A stretch of DNA of 64,000 nt. Source: a virus. The stretch is from positions 5,983 to 69,982 of IMG/VR virus record IMGVR_UViG_3300047316_000072, one strand, 5' to 3'. Below, in pieces: positions 28,394 through 38,155 of this stretch; position 1 is the stretch's first letter, and the number at the start of each line of letters is the position of its first letter. Both the position numbers and the translations under genes were made by a program. Under the pieces are notes generated by a model. That model saw only the letters and a program-made list of their open reading frames with translations. It was not told the DNA's origin and did no database searches.

Positions 28394-29911
28394 CTACGCA
28401 ATTACAGTGGGACCGAACTGGACTGCGTCTACAGCTGCAGTGGTCCACGGAGCGCTTGTATTTGGGTCATTCAAGTAGTTGGCTGCTGACCAGTTCCAGC
28501 CGGTTGTAAGAGTAATTGTTGGAGCAGCTACCGTAGTGGCACCGCTCTTGAGCTGTGTAGCAGCCTGTCTGAATCCAGCATCTGACTTCTGCATGTAAGA
28601 TCTGACTGTCACAGCAATCACTGACGAGGGCGGAGTCACTCCACTCAGAGGCGAGAGGCCGTAGAAGTCTGCATGACCTACAGTACTGTCGTACACGTAT
28701 GTAGTCAAGGCGGTCTGAGGAGCATCACTAACAAGGAATGCATTCAGAGGTACCACGTTGCAGAACAAGTAAGTCCACCCAGTACGAGGTGTTACTGCAG
28801 CTGCACCTGCAGCAGAGGAGGGGAAGCTTCCAGTATAGGTCTGTGCTAACGTATACATGCCTGCAGAGACAGTATTAGGCCCTTGTAGAGCCATTGCAAC
28901 GTCACTATTCAGAGCAGCATAGTAGGAGCCTCCTCTAGTTAGAACAGGAGGCGTGGCGAAAGTGTATACGACATTACCTGCAAGGGGATTGGTTACAGCA
29001 GTAGCTGTACCGTTAGTGACCAGATTACCTGGTGCTCCTCCAGTTCCCGTAGAATCGTAGATCGCCATGTTTGCATGGCCTGTCACATTGCTATTTATGC
29101 TGTTGACCAGAGATAATATAGCTCCCGTGGTGTTAGTTGGACATGTGAAAGGAACGAAGAGGATGGTATTGATCGTTGTAGCTGGGACAACACCAGACAC
29201 TCCGTTAAGTATGACCTGAACGGATGACTGACCTCTGGAGAACTGAACTGTCTGATCAATAGTAGGCATCCGAGTGTAGCATCGTACATCACCAATCCAG
29301 GGTACGCTGGTAGGATCTGATCGCCATAGGAAATCGTCGATGAAGAAGTTGCTTACAAAAGCTCCTGCTCCAAGAGCTATCCTGTTAGCGTAGTTGTTTG
29401 CGCTGCCCGCTCTGGTGTTCAAGCCTGTAGCGCTAAAACTGTTGCTGGGACTGCCGTTAGCCCTGACTATAAAGCTCCCTGTCGTATTATTGATCACTAC
29501 CTCGATCTCATAGGAGTACCAAGCACTAGGAGCTGTGAAAGCTCCTGTATAAGTGGCCAGTACAGTACCTCCAGCTGCTCCCGAACACAAGGTGATAGCC
29601 CCGTCAGTTCGGAACTGTACGGTGCATTGAACAGCTGCAACGTCGCTAATCTGGATGATGAAACCATTTGTTGAACCGCTTACGGTAGCGGTCTGCATGT
29701 AGGCTACATTAAAGTGATGGACAGCATCATTAGCGCCCGAGCTCTTGTACAGTCCGGCTCCCGTACCACCGCCTGATGCTAGAGACTGGCCAACTCCAAA
29801 TCTGCTAGCTGCGTTCTGGTTGAAGTTGTTGCTTATCAGGTTGCCGTCCCAGTAGCCCTGAGCATCTGCATCATCGTTGTACAGATCAAAGCCGTCTCCA
29901 AATACTTGCAT
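28394..29911 (-). CDS. minor tail protein (paralog A)
   Basis: FGDGFDLY...DPNTSAPWT; clearly similar to 29927-31432. Confidence 0.7.
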   Translation of the reverse strand: MQVFGDGFDLYNDDADAQGYWDGNLISNNFNQNAASRFGVGQSLASGGGTGAGLYKSSGANDAVHHFNVAYMQTATVSGSTNGFIIQISDVAAVQCTVQFRTDGAITLCSGAAGGTVLATYTGAFTAPSAWYSYEIEVVINNTTGSFIVRANGSPSNSFSATGLNTRAGSANNYANRIALGAGAFVSNFFIDDFLWRSDPTSVPWIGDVRCYTRMPTIDQTVQFSRGQSSVQVILNGVSGVVPATTINTILFVPFTCPTNTTGAILSLVNSINSNVTGHANMAIYDSTGTGGAPGNLVTNGTATAVTNPLAGNVVYTFATPPVLTRGGSYYAALNSDVAMALQGPNTVSAGMYTLAQTYTGSFPSSAAGAAAVTPRTGWTYLFCNVVPLNAFLVSDAPQTALTTYVYDSTVGHADFYGLSPLSGVTPPSSVIAVTVRSYMQKSDAGFRQAATQLKSGATTVAAPTITLTTGWNWSAANYLNDPNTSAPWTTAAVDAVQFGPTVIA

Positions 29912-29926
29912 GACGTTCCCTCTTTG

Positions 29927-31432
29927 TCAGGCTACAACTGTTGGGCCTACTTGTAAGTTATTGACTGCAGTAGGAGTCCATGCTGTGCTGGTGGCAGGAT
30001 CAACAGTGTCAGTCCTCCACACCCACTGCCATCCGTTAGTGAGGTTAAGTGAAGGGGTGGCTACTGTGGTACTGCCGCTTTTCATCTGGATCGCTCCCTG
30101 CCTAAACCCTGCATCGCTCTTCTGCATGAACCCTCTGACTGTAACGCAGATAGTACTTGTAGGCGTAATAGAGATAGCGCCTATACTATAGAAGTCTGAG
30201 TCACCCACGTTGTTATCATATACGTAGGTTGTGGCACCGTCCTGATGGGCTTCAGATACCAGCGAAGCGTTCATAGGAACTGCCGAGATGTAGATGCTGG
30301 TGTAGCCGATCGGAGACCCTCCTATAACAGTAGCAGCAGATGCACTCGCAGGAAAAGCACCTGTGTACGTTTGGGCCAACTGATAGATAGGGTTTGCAGG
30401 AGGATTGTCTCCCATCCAGTTAGGACCAATATCTCCAGTCATTGCGGCGTAGTATCGGGTACCTGGAGTCAGAGTTGGAGGAGTAGCAAAGGTATACGTT
30501 CTGTACCCACCTCCTGGATTGGTTAGAGCAGTTGCCGTACCATTAGTAAGAAGGTTGCCCGGAGCCCCTCCAGTACCTGTAGCATCGTAGATTGCCATGT
30601 TTATATGACCGGTCTGAGAAGTAAACGCTCTGCACTGAAAGTTCAGTAACGGCCCTGCTATGTTTAAAGGCGCTGTGAACGGAGAGAAGACAATGAGGTT
30701 AGCACCCGAGCCACCACTGTTCCCCTCTCCTGCACCTACGTTGTATGTGATTGCAGCAGGCGACTTGGAGAACTGGACTGTTACATCTTGGAAGGGCATC
30801 CTTGTGTAGCATCGGACATCTCCTACCCACGGTACTGTTGCTGCATCTGAGCGCCACAGAAGGTCATCCATGTAGCACTGGTTAAAGTTCAGTCCACCAA
30901 CCCATAGACGGTTGGCGTAGTTGTTCGCCGTACCTCCTCGTGTATTAAGGCCTCCTAAGGTGAAGTCGTTACTGGGATTGCCGTTCTTTCTGACCGTGAA
31001 GCTCCCAGTAGTGTTGTTGATCACCACTTCTATTTCAAAGGCGTACCACACGCTTGAGACAGTGAACGCGCCCGTATAGGTTGCTAAAATAGCTCCTCCC
31101 GGACCTCCGGTACATAACAGGATTGCACCGTCAGTTCGGAACTCTACAGTACATTGAGCAGTGGCCCCGTCAGATAAAGTCAAGCATAGTGGGAGGGCTG
31201 CCCCTCCAATTCCTCCTGGAAGTAGGAATGACAGTACTAAGTGATGCACCGCATCATTGACGTTACTAGCCTTAGTAAGGACCGTACCGTTCAAGTTGTA
31301 CACGTTCAGACCCTGACTGCCTGCAAAGCGACCCGCGACGAAACCTAGACCTCCGCCGGTATCCCAATAGCCCGCGAACTCATCGGCCGCAGCTGTGTAT
31401 ACATCAAAACCGTCACCAAAGGTCCAGGCCAT
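29927..31432 (-). CDS. minor tail protein (paralog B)
   Basis: FGDGFDVY...DPATSTAWT. Confidence 0.7.
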   Translation of the reverse strand: MAWTFGDGFDVYTAAADEFAGYWDTGGGLGFVAGRFAGSQGLNVYNLNGTVLTKASNVNDAVHHLVLSFLLPGGIGGAALPLCLTLSDGATAQCTVEFRTDGAILLCTGGPGGAILATYTGAFTVSSVWYAFEIEVVINNTTGSFTVRKNGNPSNDFTLGGLNTRGGTANNYANRLWVGGLNFNQCYMDDLLWRSDAATVPWVGDVRCYTRMPFQDVTVQFSKSPAAITYNVGAGEGNSGGSGANLIVFSPFTAPLNIAGPLLNFQCRAFTSQTGHINMAIYDATGTGGAPGNLLTNGTATALTNPGGGYRTYTFATPPTLTPGTRYYAAMTGDIGPNWMGDNPPANPIYQLAQTYTGAFPASASAATVIGGSPIGYTSIYISAVPMNASLVSEAHQDGATTYVYDNNVGDSDFYSIGAISITPTSTICVTVRGFMQKSDAGFRQGAIQMKSGSTTVATPSLNLTNGWQWVWRTDTVDPATSTAWTPTAVNNLQVGPTVVA

Positions 31433-31444
31433 CTATGAGCTTCC

Positions 31445-32095
31445 TTACGCTTGAGTCAATTGAAGGGCGCCAGGAGCCCCTCCGGCAAGACGGAGAGTTA
31501 CCGCTGAGCCTACTGTGATAGCTCCTACCTTCCTTACGCTCCCACTTCCAGTGCCTGTAGTATTGACGCCCGCAGTGAAAGTGTCAGCAGTCCCTCCAGC
31601 TACGGTAAGCAAGCCCGTCCAGCTGCCTGCAGTAGCAGGTAGGATGCCTCCATACTCGTTACTCACTACCACAGTATCACCGTTCCCGTATCCGTGTACA
31701 GGAGCTGTAATGACACCAGGAGATGCCAACGTGCACGTGAATGGCAGCCAGGAGAAGAGTCCCAGATAGTCCCACCACAGTAAGGTGCCGGCAGTGCTAG
31801 CATCAAATGCTCCCGCGGCTACAATTGATCCCCAGGATGCTGTTGATGGAGGGAAGATGATGTCTCCTACATTACTCACCGTGCTAGGGGCGCTAGCTCC
31901 TGCTGCATTCCATGTTGCGCCTGTTGTAGCGACGCGCGCATAGGAGCCTCCAGTGACTTCTGTAAAGCCTGTTCCAGCATCTATACCGGCAACTGTAAAC
32001 AGCCCAATATAGATGGTAGGCAGAGTGCCGATGCTAGTCTTGCCAGTAGAATGATCGAGGACCCTTCTGGCCCAGTTATCTGTGAAGCCAGTCAT
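31445..32095 (-). CDS. tail fibre-associated protein
   Basis: YIGLFT..EVTGGSYARV..FDASTAGTLL pattern typical of phage tail proteins. Confidence 0.7.
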   Translation of the reverse strand: MTGFTDNWARRVLDHSTGKTSIGTLPTIYIGLFTVAGIDAGTGFTEVTGGSYARVATTGATWNAAGASAPSTVSNVGDIIFPPSTASWGSIVAAGAFDASTAGTLLWWDYLGLFSWLPFTCTLASPGVITAPVHGYGNGDTVVVSNEYGGILPATAGSWTGLLTVAGGTADTFTAGVNTTGTGSGSVRKVGAITVGSAVTLRLAGGAPGALQLTQA

Positions 32096-32099
32096 GTGC

Positions 32100-35057
32100 C
32101 TACCTTAGTCCCTCTAGGGAGAAGTTGAACCCTTGGAATCCGGTGTCAGGAGATGCAGGGGCTACCACAGACAGCTCGTCACCTGCAACATAACTGACAA
32201 TAAGTCCGCCTGCTGTACTGAAAGTGGCCAGGTTTCGTCCAACGGTCCCTGAAGGGTACGTGACAGTTCCTACAGAGACACCGTTCTTACGGACATCCAG
32301 ATTGACGACCGCTGTAGCTGCCGTACCGTCAACATCACCACGGCTGCCGCTGAAGTTGGCAGAGAACTGAACGCTGAAGTCGATCGGGATGCTGAACAGA
32401 ATTTCGTTGGCAGCAGGCTTACGAGCTTGCAGGCTGTAGTACGGAGTGAACTTGTTCTGGAATACAGGTATTGTAACTGTAGCATTCACTCCACTACCAT
32501 GGCCCGATTCACCCGATCCGTTCACGGAGGACAGGAAGTACGTCCACGTCGATCCGCCGGCTAGACCTGAGTCAGTGTATGTCAGAGTCCCTCCAGCAAC
32601 AGTTGCTAATAGTACAGCAGCTGAAAACGGCTGGCCTAGCCCGGTAGCTCTGTACAGCTTATAGGAGATGACACCTTGAGATGGCGGGTTAGCACTCCAG
32701 GTCAAGATTATCTGGTTAGTACCAGGAACGGCTACTAGTGTAGTAGGAGTGCTTGGAACTGCTACACCTGCACCAAGAGCTCCTGAGTTAACTACAGCAG
32801 TCATTGCCCAAGTACTTGATGCTAGGCCACTTTGTGAGATAGCTCTTACACGCGCCTGGTAATTTGTGCTAGCCACCGCTGGTTCAAGACGCCAAGTTGT
32901 GGCACTCGGCCCCGTAGTAACGTCAGAAGCAGTCCAAGTAGCACCGCTGTCGTTGGACATCTGCACTTCATAACTGCCAACCATTGGGCCTATTGAACCT
33001 ACCCAAGAGGTGTCCATGTGAAGCAGGATAGTACCATCTGATTGGACTATGCTACCAACAGTGAGTGTAGCCGAGGTAGGAGGTGCAATGTTGTAAGCTA
33101 TTCCTACAGGAGTGTATGTGTAGGCTGTAACGCCACTGATATCCTGCAAGCCGTGACCAAAGTTGTTGAAGCTAGTTAGCTTCACGTATAGTGTGACACC
33201 TACCCAGTCTGCAGGTAGAGTGTACTTAACTACAGCCGACGGATCAATGCGGCTCATTATGGAGCCTGATGGGTGGTCAGCTGGAGATGTACTGTACGTC
33301 CCTCGCCGCAAATAAGACAGGTTGGAAGTATATATTCCTGTCGCTGATACCGCTCCGTAGCAGAGCACCTCATCGTTAATTACAAGTGCCGTTGTGAAAG
33401 CGTCCGCGTCTGCGTGTGACACAGCAGTGGATATAGACTCCTGACTCATTGTAGTGTCTACAGACAGGACATCGGTTGTATCTGGATCTGCATGTGGAGG
33501 CAGATCGGCAGTGAGAGTACCCTGTAGAGTAGGTGTTTCAATGACGCCTGCTTGAACGTAGTTGACACCATCACGGCTGATATAGACTCTCGCACCTCCC
33601 CAGTTTGGACTTGCGCCGCTAGCCCCAATCCATACTTGAGGCTGTCCAGCAGTAACAGTTGGACTAGGCTCAATGATCATAGGCGGATTGACGTCGCCAG
33701 GATCGCCATACATATCCGGGCCAGCATTTTGTATGGCACTTGTTGTCGCATACACAGCTGGAATGCCTATTCCAGTAGGGAACTCCTCTGCCTTGACATC
33801 CAGGTTCCCTTTGTCGTCTTCTGAGATGTCCGTGATTCTAACCGGAAACCTATCGAGCCCCATGTTAGGCTCTGTAAGAGTGACTACGTCTCCTGGCTCC
33901 AGCAGGACGTATGCATAGCCCAGCTTGAATGAATACGTATTGCGGACAGCCATCGAACGCTTGCCAATGAGGTTGGCTATCACCTGTCCTACAATAGGGT
34001 CACAGATGTCGCTCGCCCCAGATACTATCTGAGATTGCAACGACCCGTAGTCTGTGAATGAAGCCAGATCCTCAAAGTACTGAGGGTTGGAGTCATAGTA
34101 GTTATTGCGGTCCAGACAGTCTACCTCAACCCGGTTATAACTGTCACGGGGGTCAGAACGTTCAAACGTGATGGGATCTTGGTCTGGAGACGTAGAATCA
34201 AAGACAAAGTCGTCATAAGATAGATCATATTCAGGAGCTAGAGGGGGTGTATATGTTACCAGACCGTCAGTAACGGATGAGTCAATTAGCGGTACAAACT
34301 TCACTCTTGTGCCTGCCCAAAAGACCCAGGCGTTAGTGATAGCAGCCCATCTCTGTATGACAGTTAACGCCTGGTCCTGAGTGTCAATCATGGGGCTGCC
34401 AATGAGGGACTGAGCCTGACAGTACGTATGGTAACCGTTCCAGCTATCATCGTCAATGAACGGCATCATAGACGGATCCACACCGTAACGCGGATTGCCT
34501 ATGAAGTCCTTCATGATGTCAGCAAAGTTCGCGTCATGAGACCGGTCAAACCCGTCTGGCGTGTTAGGGACCGTCCCTGCGAATGCTCCTACTATCTCAA
34601 AGTTGATTGCAGGTAACGTAGCAGCCGACCCAAGGTCCAGGTATGCATGGGCAGCATAAGCAGTGTTAGCGTAAGCCTCTGCCTGACCATGTTCAAGGAA
34701 AGTAAAAGGTCCCTGATCAGGAGTACCAAGCAGGATAACAAAGCCTATGGCAGCCATGGAGGTCACTGTCGAGTTCATAAAGACACGAGCGGACCCCTGA
34801 ACAGGACCCTCACACAGTCCTAGAACTACCGAAGCGTGATAAGTTACGCCACCGCTCTTACCTCCAAACATCCCTCCCTTGCCACCCTTACCACTCTTAC
34901 TCCTAATGAAGTTGCCCTCCCAGATCAGATTGCCTGCCAGCTTATTAGTTCCCCACAGTAGAGTAATAGGGATACCAGCAGTACTGGTCTGGACCTGAAT
35001 AGTCGTATAGTCAGGCTGAGCTTGGGACTTAGAAGTTGTACCAAACAGTCCGGCCAT
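32100..35057 (-). CDS. tail tip/host-specificity protein with FN3-like domains
   Basis: LCEGPV, LEPGDVV, LRRG.Y; position after the NlpC gene. Confidence 0.85.
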   Translation of the reverse strand: MAGLFGTTSKSQAQPDYTTIQVQTSTAGIPITLLWGTNKLAGNLIWEGNFIRSKSGKGGKGGMFGGKSGGVTYHASVVLGLCEGPVQGSARVFMNSTVTSMAAIGFVILLGTPDQGPFTFLEHGQAEAYANTAYAAHAYLDLGSAATLPAINFEIVGAFAGTVPNTPDGFDRSHDANFADIMKDFIGNPRYGVDPSMMPFIDDDSWNGYHTYCQAQSLIGSPMIDTQDQALTVIQRWAAITNAWVFWAGTRVKFVPLIDSSVTDGLVTYTPPLAPEYDLSYDDFVFDSTSPDQDPITFERSDPRDSYNRVEVDCLDRNNYYDSNPQYFEDLASFTDYGSLQSQIVSGASDICDPIVGQVIANLIGKRSMAVRNTYSFKLGYAYVLLEPGDVVTLTEPNMGLDRFPVRITDISEDDKGNLDVKAEEFPTGIGIPAVYATTSAIQNAGPDMYGDPGDVNPPMIIEPSPTVTAGQPQVWIGASGASPNWGGARVYISRDGVNYVQAGVIETPTLQGTLTADLPPHADPDTTDVLSVDTTMSQESISTAVSHADADAFTTALVINDEVLCYGAVSATGIYTSNLSYLRRGTYSTSPADHPSGSIMSRIDPSAVVKYTLPADWVGVTLYVKLTSFNNFGHGLQDISGVTAYTYTPVGIAYNIAPPTSATLTVGSIVQSDGTILLHMDTSWVGSIGPMVGSYEVQMSNDSGATWTASDVTTGPSATTWRLEPAVASTNYQARVRAISQSGLASSTWAMTAVVNSGALGAGVAVPSTPTTLVAVPGTNQIILTWSANPPSQGVISYKLYRATGLGQPFSAAVLLATVAGGTLTYTDSGLAGGSTWTYFLSSVNGSGESGHGSGVNATVTIPVFQNKFTPYYSLQARKPAANEILFSIPIDFSVQFSANFSGSRGDVDGTAATAVVNLDVRKNGVSVGTVTYPSGTVGRNLATFSTAGGLIVSYVAGDELSVVAPASPDTGFQGFNFSLEGLR

Positions 35058-35668
35058 TAGAGGTTCTCACTCCCACGCGACCGCCGTAGTGGTATTGGAT
35101 TATGCTCGCGCAAGCGTGCCCAAATGTCAAAGAACTTACGAGGACGGAGAGTCTTACCGTCCTTCATGAACTTCAGCCAAGGCTCATCAAGGCTTGCTAT
35201 GTAAGTAGTCTTGTGTGCCATTGAAGCCTGAACTACACGGGTCTTACTGATCATGATCCCACCATGACTGAAGCACCTGCCAAACCTCCAGCAGACTACG
35301 TCTCCCGCGCGTGGATGCTCCACTTCAACACCTACTGTCTGAAGCCATTCGAGGTACAGTTCTTCATCACGATGCAGGTGCCAGCTGGGCGAATATGGAC
35401 GTGGATCGAAAGGCTTTACTACGCCTGTATCAACCCAGCACCTCACTAGGATCATTGAACAGTCAATGCACCCGCTCGGCCCCTTGATGTCACCTTGCTG
35501 TAAGTAGGGCGTGCCAACCCAGCTCTTGGCTTCCTCCACAACCAACTCACGCTGGTACTCCTCCATCTCTAGAGTGAGCGGAAGCATCAAAGGCTCCATC
35601 GCCGGCAAATGCGGAGGCGGTTGTCCTTCTATCTTAGCTGTTCTGGGTGGTGCGATTCCAACGGCCAT
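35057..35668 (-). CDS. NlpC/P60 tail peptidase
   Basis: EAKSWVGTPY, DCS, GDVV, SHGGI. Confidence 0.9.
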   Translation of the reverse strand: MAVGIAPPRTAKIEGQPPPHLPAMEPLMLPLTLEMEEYQRELVVEEAKSWVGTPYLQQGDIKGPSGCIDCSMILVRCWVDTGVVKPFDPRPYSPSWHLHRDEELYLEWLQTVGVEVEHPRAGDVVCWRFGRCFSHGGIMISKTRVVQASMAHKTTYIASLDEPWLKFMKDGKTLRPRKFFDIWARLREHNPIPLRRSRGSENL

Positions 35669-35682
35669 GTCGAGTTTTCCTC

Positions 35683-36546
35683 TCAGATAGCGAATACTGG
35701 TGGTGGGATGTAAGGGAACCCTCTGAAGTTCTGCTGGTTGTTAAAGAACCCGCATCCATGAGCACCTTCAGTCTTGTCGCATCCTAATGTCACCCAGAAG
35801 GTGTCTCCGTTAGCAGGCTCGGTATACAGATTGGTAGATAGCATGACGCCTCCGCCGTCTGCCCAATCTATAGCTCGCTTCTGGCCGACTGCGGCCCCCA
35901 TGTAGAATGTCGCGTACCCTTGAGCTAGCTGATCCGGAAAGCCAGGAGTAGGATCACCTGTCCAGTGAATGAATCTACCGTCAGCGTGATCCACCGTAGC
36001 GTTCCATGTGAACGCACTCGCCAAACGGGTGCATCCTACGGAGTACAGGGGCCACAGACACTTGATCTTGTACCTATTCTTGGGCATTTGTTGGAGCATG
36101 TTCGCGTTCCGACTACTCCAAGTAATCTCAACTCCCCGGGCTCCTCCAGTAACCTTACCTCCCATACCCTCCCACAGATCAATCAACCCTAAGGACGTAT
36201 CTCCCGGAGTAGGCATCACAGCCCGCTGCAGTGTGATGAATGAATTGTCTAGCAGCCCTTCATGGATCATCTGCTTGATGTTGCCTGGGTTCCAGTCAGC
36301 TCCGGACGACATCAGTTTAACAGTGAGCTGGGAGACCTCCATCGTGTTCTTCACTGCCCATCCAGTACGTGTTAACATCGGCCCCTGAGCTAACCACGTG
36401 GTAGGACCGAAGATAACATCGGTATCAAAGCTGGTCATATACAGACTCAGACCGTAGCCAGGCATCTGTATACTAAACAGGTCAGCAATGAAGAAGGGCT
36501 CCTTACTGTTCAGGTAGGCAATCATAGTTGTAGTAGCACTACGCAT
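35683..36546 (-). CDS. baseplate hub (DUF2163/BR0599-like)
   Basis: C-terminal GCDKT..C..FNNQQNFRGFPYIP. Confidence 0.9.
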   Translation of the reverse strand: MRSATTTMIAYLNSKEPFFIADLFSIQMPGYGLSLYMTSFDTDVIFGPTTWLAQGPMLTRTGWAVKNTMEVSQLTVKLMSSGADWNPGNIKQMIHEGLLDNSFITLQRAVMPTPGDTSLGLIDLWEGMGGKVTGGARGVEITWSSRNANMLQQMPKNRYKIKCLWPLYSVGCTRLASAFTWNATVDHADGRFIHWTGDPTPGFPDQLAQGYATFYMGAAVGQKRAIDWADGGGVMLSTNLYTEPANGDTFWVTLGCDKTEGAHGCGFFNNQQNFRGFPYIPPPVFAI

Positions 36547-37189
36547 TGATCTGGTCCTTCAAGCTCATCAAGGTAACCTTCTTGACTGACCATAGCCTAT
36601 GGGAGAACTTCTCAAACTCCAGGCTGCCATCCTTAAACCGAACAATGTAGTAGTAGTACATGTCCACAGAAACAATCACCCCCGGACCTGGAGGGGTATC
36701 AAAGTTGAGCTTCTGGAGATACGTGATTGTTGCATCAAGAGCTACACCGCTTGTCTGGAGAACGCCGTCCAGGTAGACGTTAAAGGGATGGCCTTCGTTG
36801 ACAAGCCCAATAGGCTCCCACGTACTAAACCCTCCTGCACCGTAAGTACGGTTAATGATGAACTGTGTGTTTATCCCATCTCCAGTACCAATCCCCATAT
36901 GATATACCTGATTATCGTCGGGATCCTCATACAGGAACGGGTGAAGTATTCCTACCTGACCGTACAGGCCCATTATCGTCTTGATGTCAGATATGGTCTT
37001 GCCTGACTGCCAGCCTCCTGAATCATCGGGCAAGTACTCATACGTTAGGTCCCACTCCCACATGGGGAACGTCCAATAGCTGACACGTGTCTCACGGCCG
37101 CTGGCGGCCTGAGTAACGCCAGCGCCAGTGAGAGACCGCTTGATTACACTGAACCCTACGTTCAGATCGGGATAGATAGGTAGAGTCAT
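36539..37189 (-). CDS. distal tail protein (DUF2460-like)
   Basis: SGRETRV..P.WEWDLTYE..FLYEDPDD..GTGDG..VRF. Confidence 0.85.
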   Translation of the reverse strand: MTLPIYPDLNVGFSVIKRSLTGAGVTQAASGRETRVSYWTFPMWEWDLTYEYLPDDSGGWQSGKTISDIKTIMGLYGQVGILHPFLYEDPDDNQVYHMGIGTGDGINTQFIINRTYGAGGFSTWEPIGLVNEGHPFNVYLDGVLQTSGVALDATITYLQKLNFDTPPGPGVIVSVDMYYYYIVRFKDGSLEFEKFSHRLWSVKKVTLMSLKDQINA

Positions 37190-38082
37190 CTGACGTATGA
37201 CCTCATTGACTCGAGGGTGATCTTCTGTGCTGACCAGACCTTATTGATGAACTCTTCAAAGTCATAGATCAGATCGGCAAACCGAGTGAAGAACACAAAG
37301 TGGAAGTCCATTGTAATCAGCCCACTAACCGGAGGCTGATGGAACCGGAGTGTCTGCTTGCCCAGCTCATTGCGTATGATTTCGTAAGTCAACGGATCGA
37401 CTACCACATTGTCTAAGTACACTACTGGCTGATTAGGAGGAGCTGGCTCAGGACCGTACGGTACTTGATAAGAATTGGGAGGAGTGTAGCTGAGATAACC
37501 CACAGGCTCAACTTCCTTCCACTCTGCGCCGTACTCTCTGGTTATTACCCACTCCTGCGTGACACCATCTGCTTCCCCAATACGAGTTCCAACCACCTGA
37601 TTGTCGTCAGGGTCATAAAACGTGAAGGGTAGCTGGCCTCCACGCGTCTGCTGGAAGAAAGCCACTAGTGTGTGGAAGTCACTCTCAGTAGTCCCCGGAT
37701 TGACTTGAGTAGGATCATCGGGCAAGTACTCATAGTGAAGGTCCCATTGCCAGATGATTGCATCGTAGTATAGGACTCTGATCTCCCGGCCAGAGGGACC
37801 TTGATACACACCTGAGTTTGTAGTAGGTCGCTTGAACACTGTATAACTGAACCCCATCAGCTGCGGAGCAGCTGCAAAATCCCCTGGAGGTAGAGTTGTA
37901 TTAGGAGGAGCAGGATACAACGGGATCAAGACACGAGGATCGGACGGAATCAGCACCTCAGCAAAGATCTGTGAGCAGTACGTCCTATCTGTAGGAGGGG
38001 TATAGAAGAGAACCTCAGCAAAGACCTGACCCGCGTAGGTTATAGATACGTTAATGACCTCCACCCAGGCTTCAAAGAACAT
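37186..38082 (-). CDS. second DUF2460-like protein with an N-terminal repeat extension
   Basis: SGREIRV..WDLHYE..FYDPDD; start may lie upstream (ATA at 38154). Confidence 0.8.
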   Translation of the reverse strand: MFFEAWVEVINVSITYAGQVFAEVLFYTPPTDRTYCSQIFAEVLIPSDPRVLIPLYPAPPNTTLPPGDFAAAPQLMGFSYTVFKRPTTNSGVYQGPSGREIRVLYYDAIIWQWDLHYEYLPDDPTQVNPGTTESDFHTLVAFFQQTRGGQLPFTFYDPDDNQVVGTRIGEADGVTQEWVITREYGAEWKEVEPVGYLSYTPPNSYQVPYGPEPAPPNQPVVYLDNVVVDPLTYEIIRNELGKQTLRFHQPPVSGLITMDFHFVFFTRFADLIYDFEEFINKVWSAQKITLESMRSYVR

Positions 38083-38155
38083 CTGAGTAGCGCGGGCACC
38101 AGATATCCTGTACCCTAACGGCTCATGAACAATCTGTGATGATCTGGATGTTATG

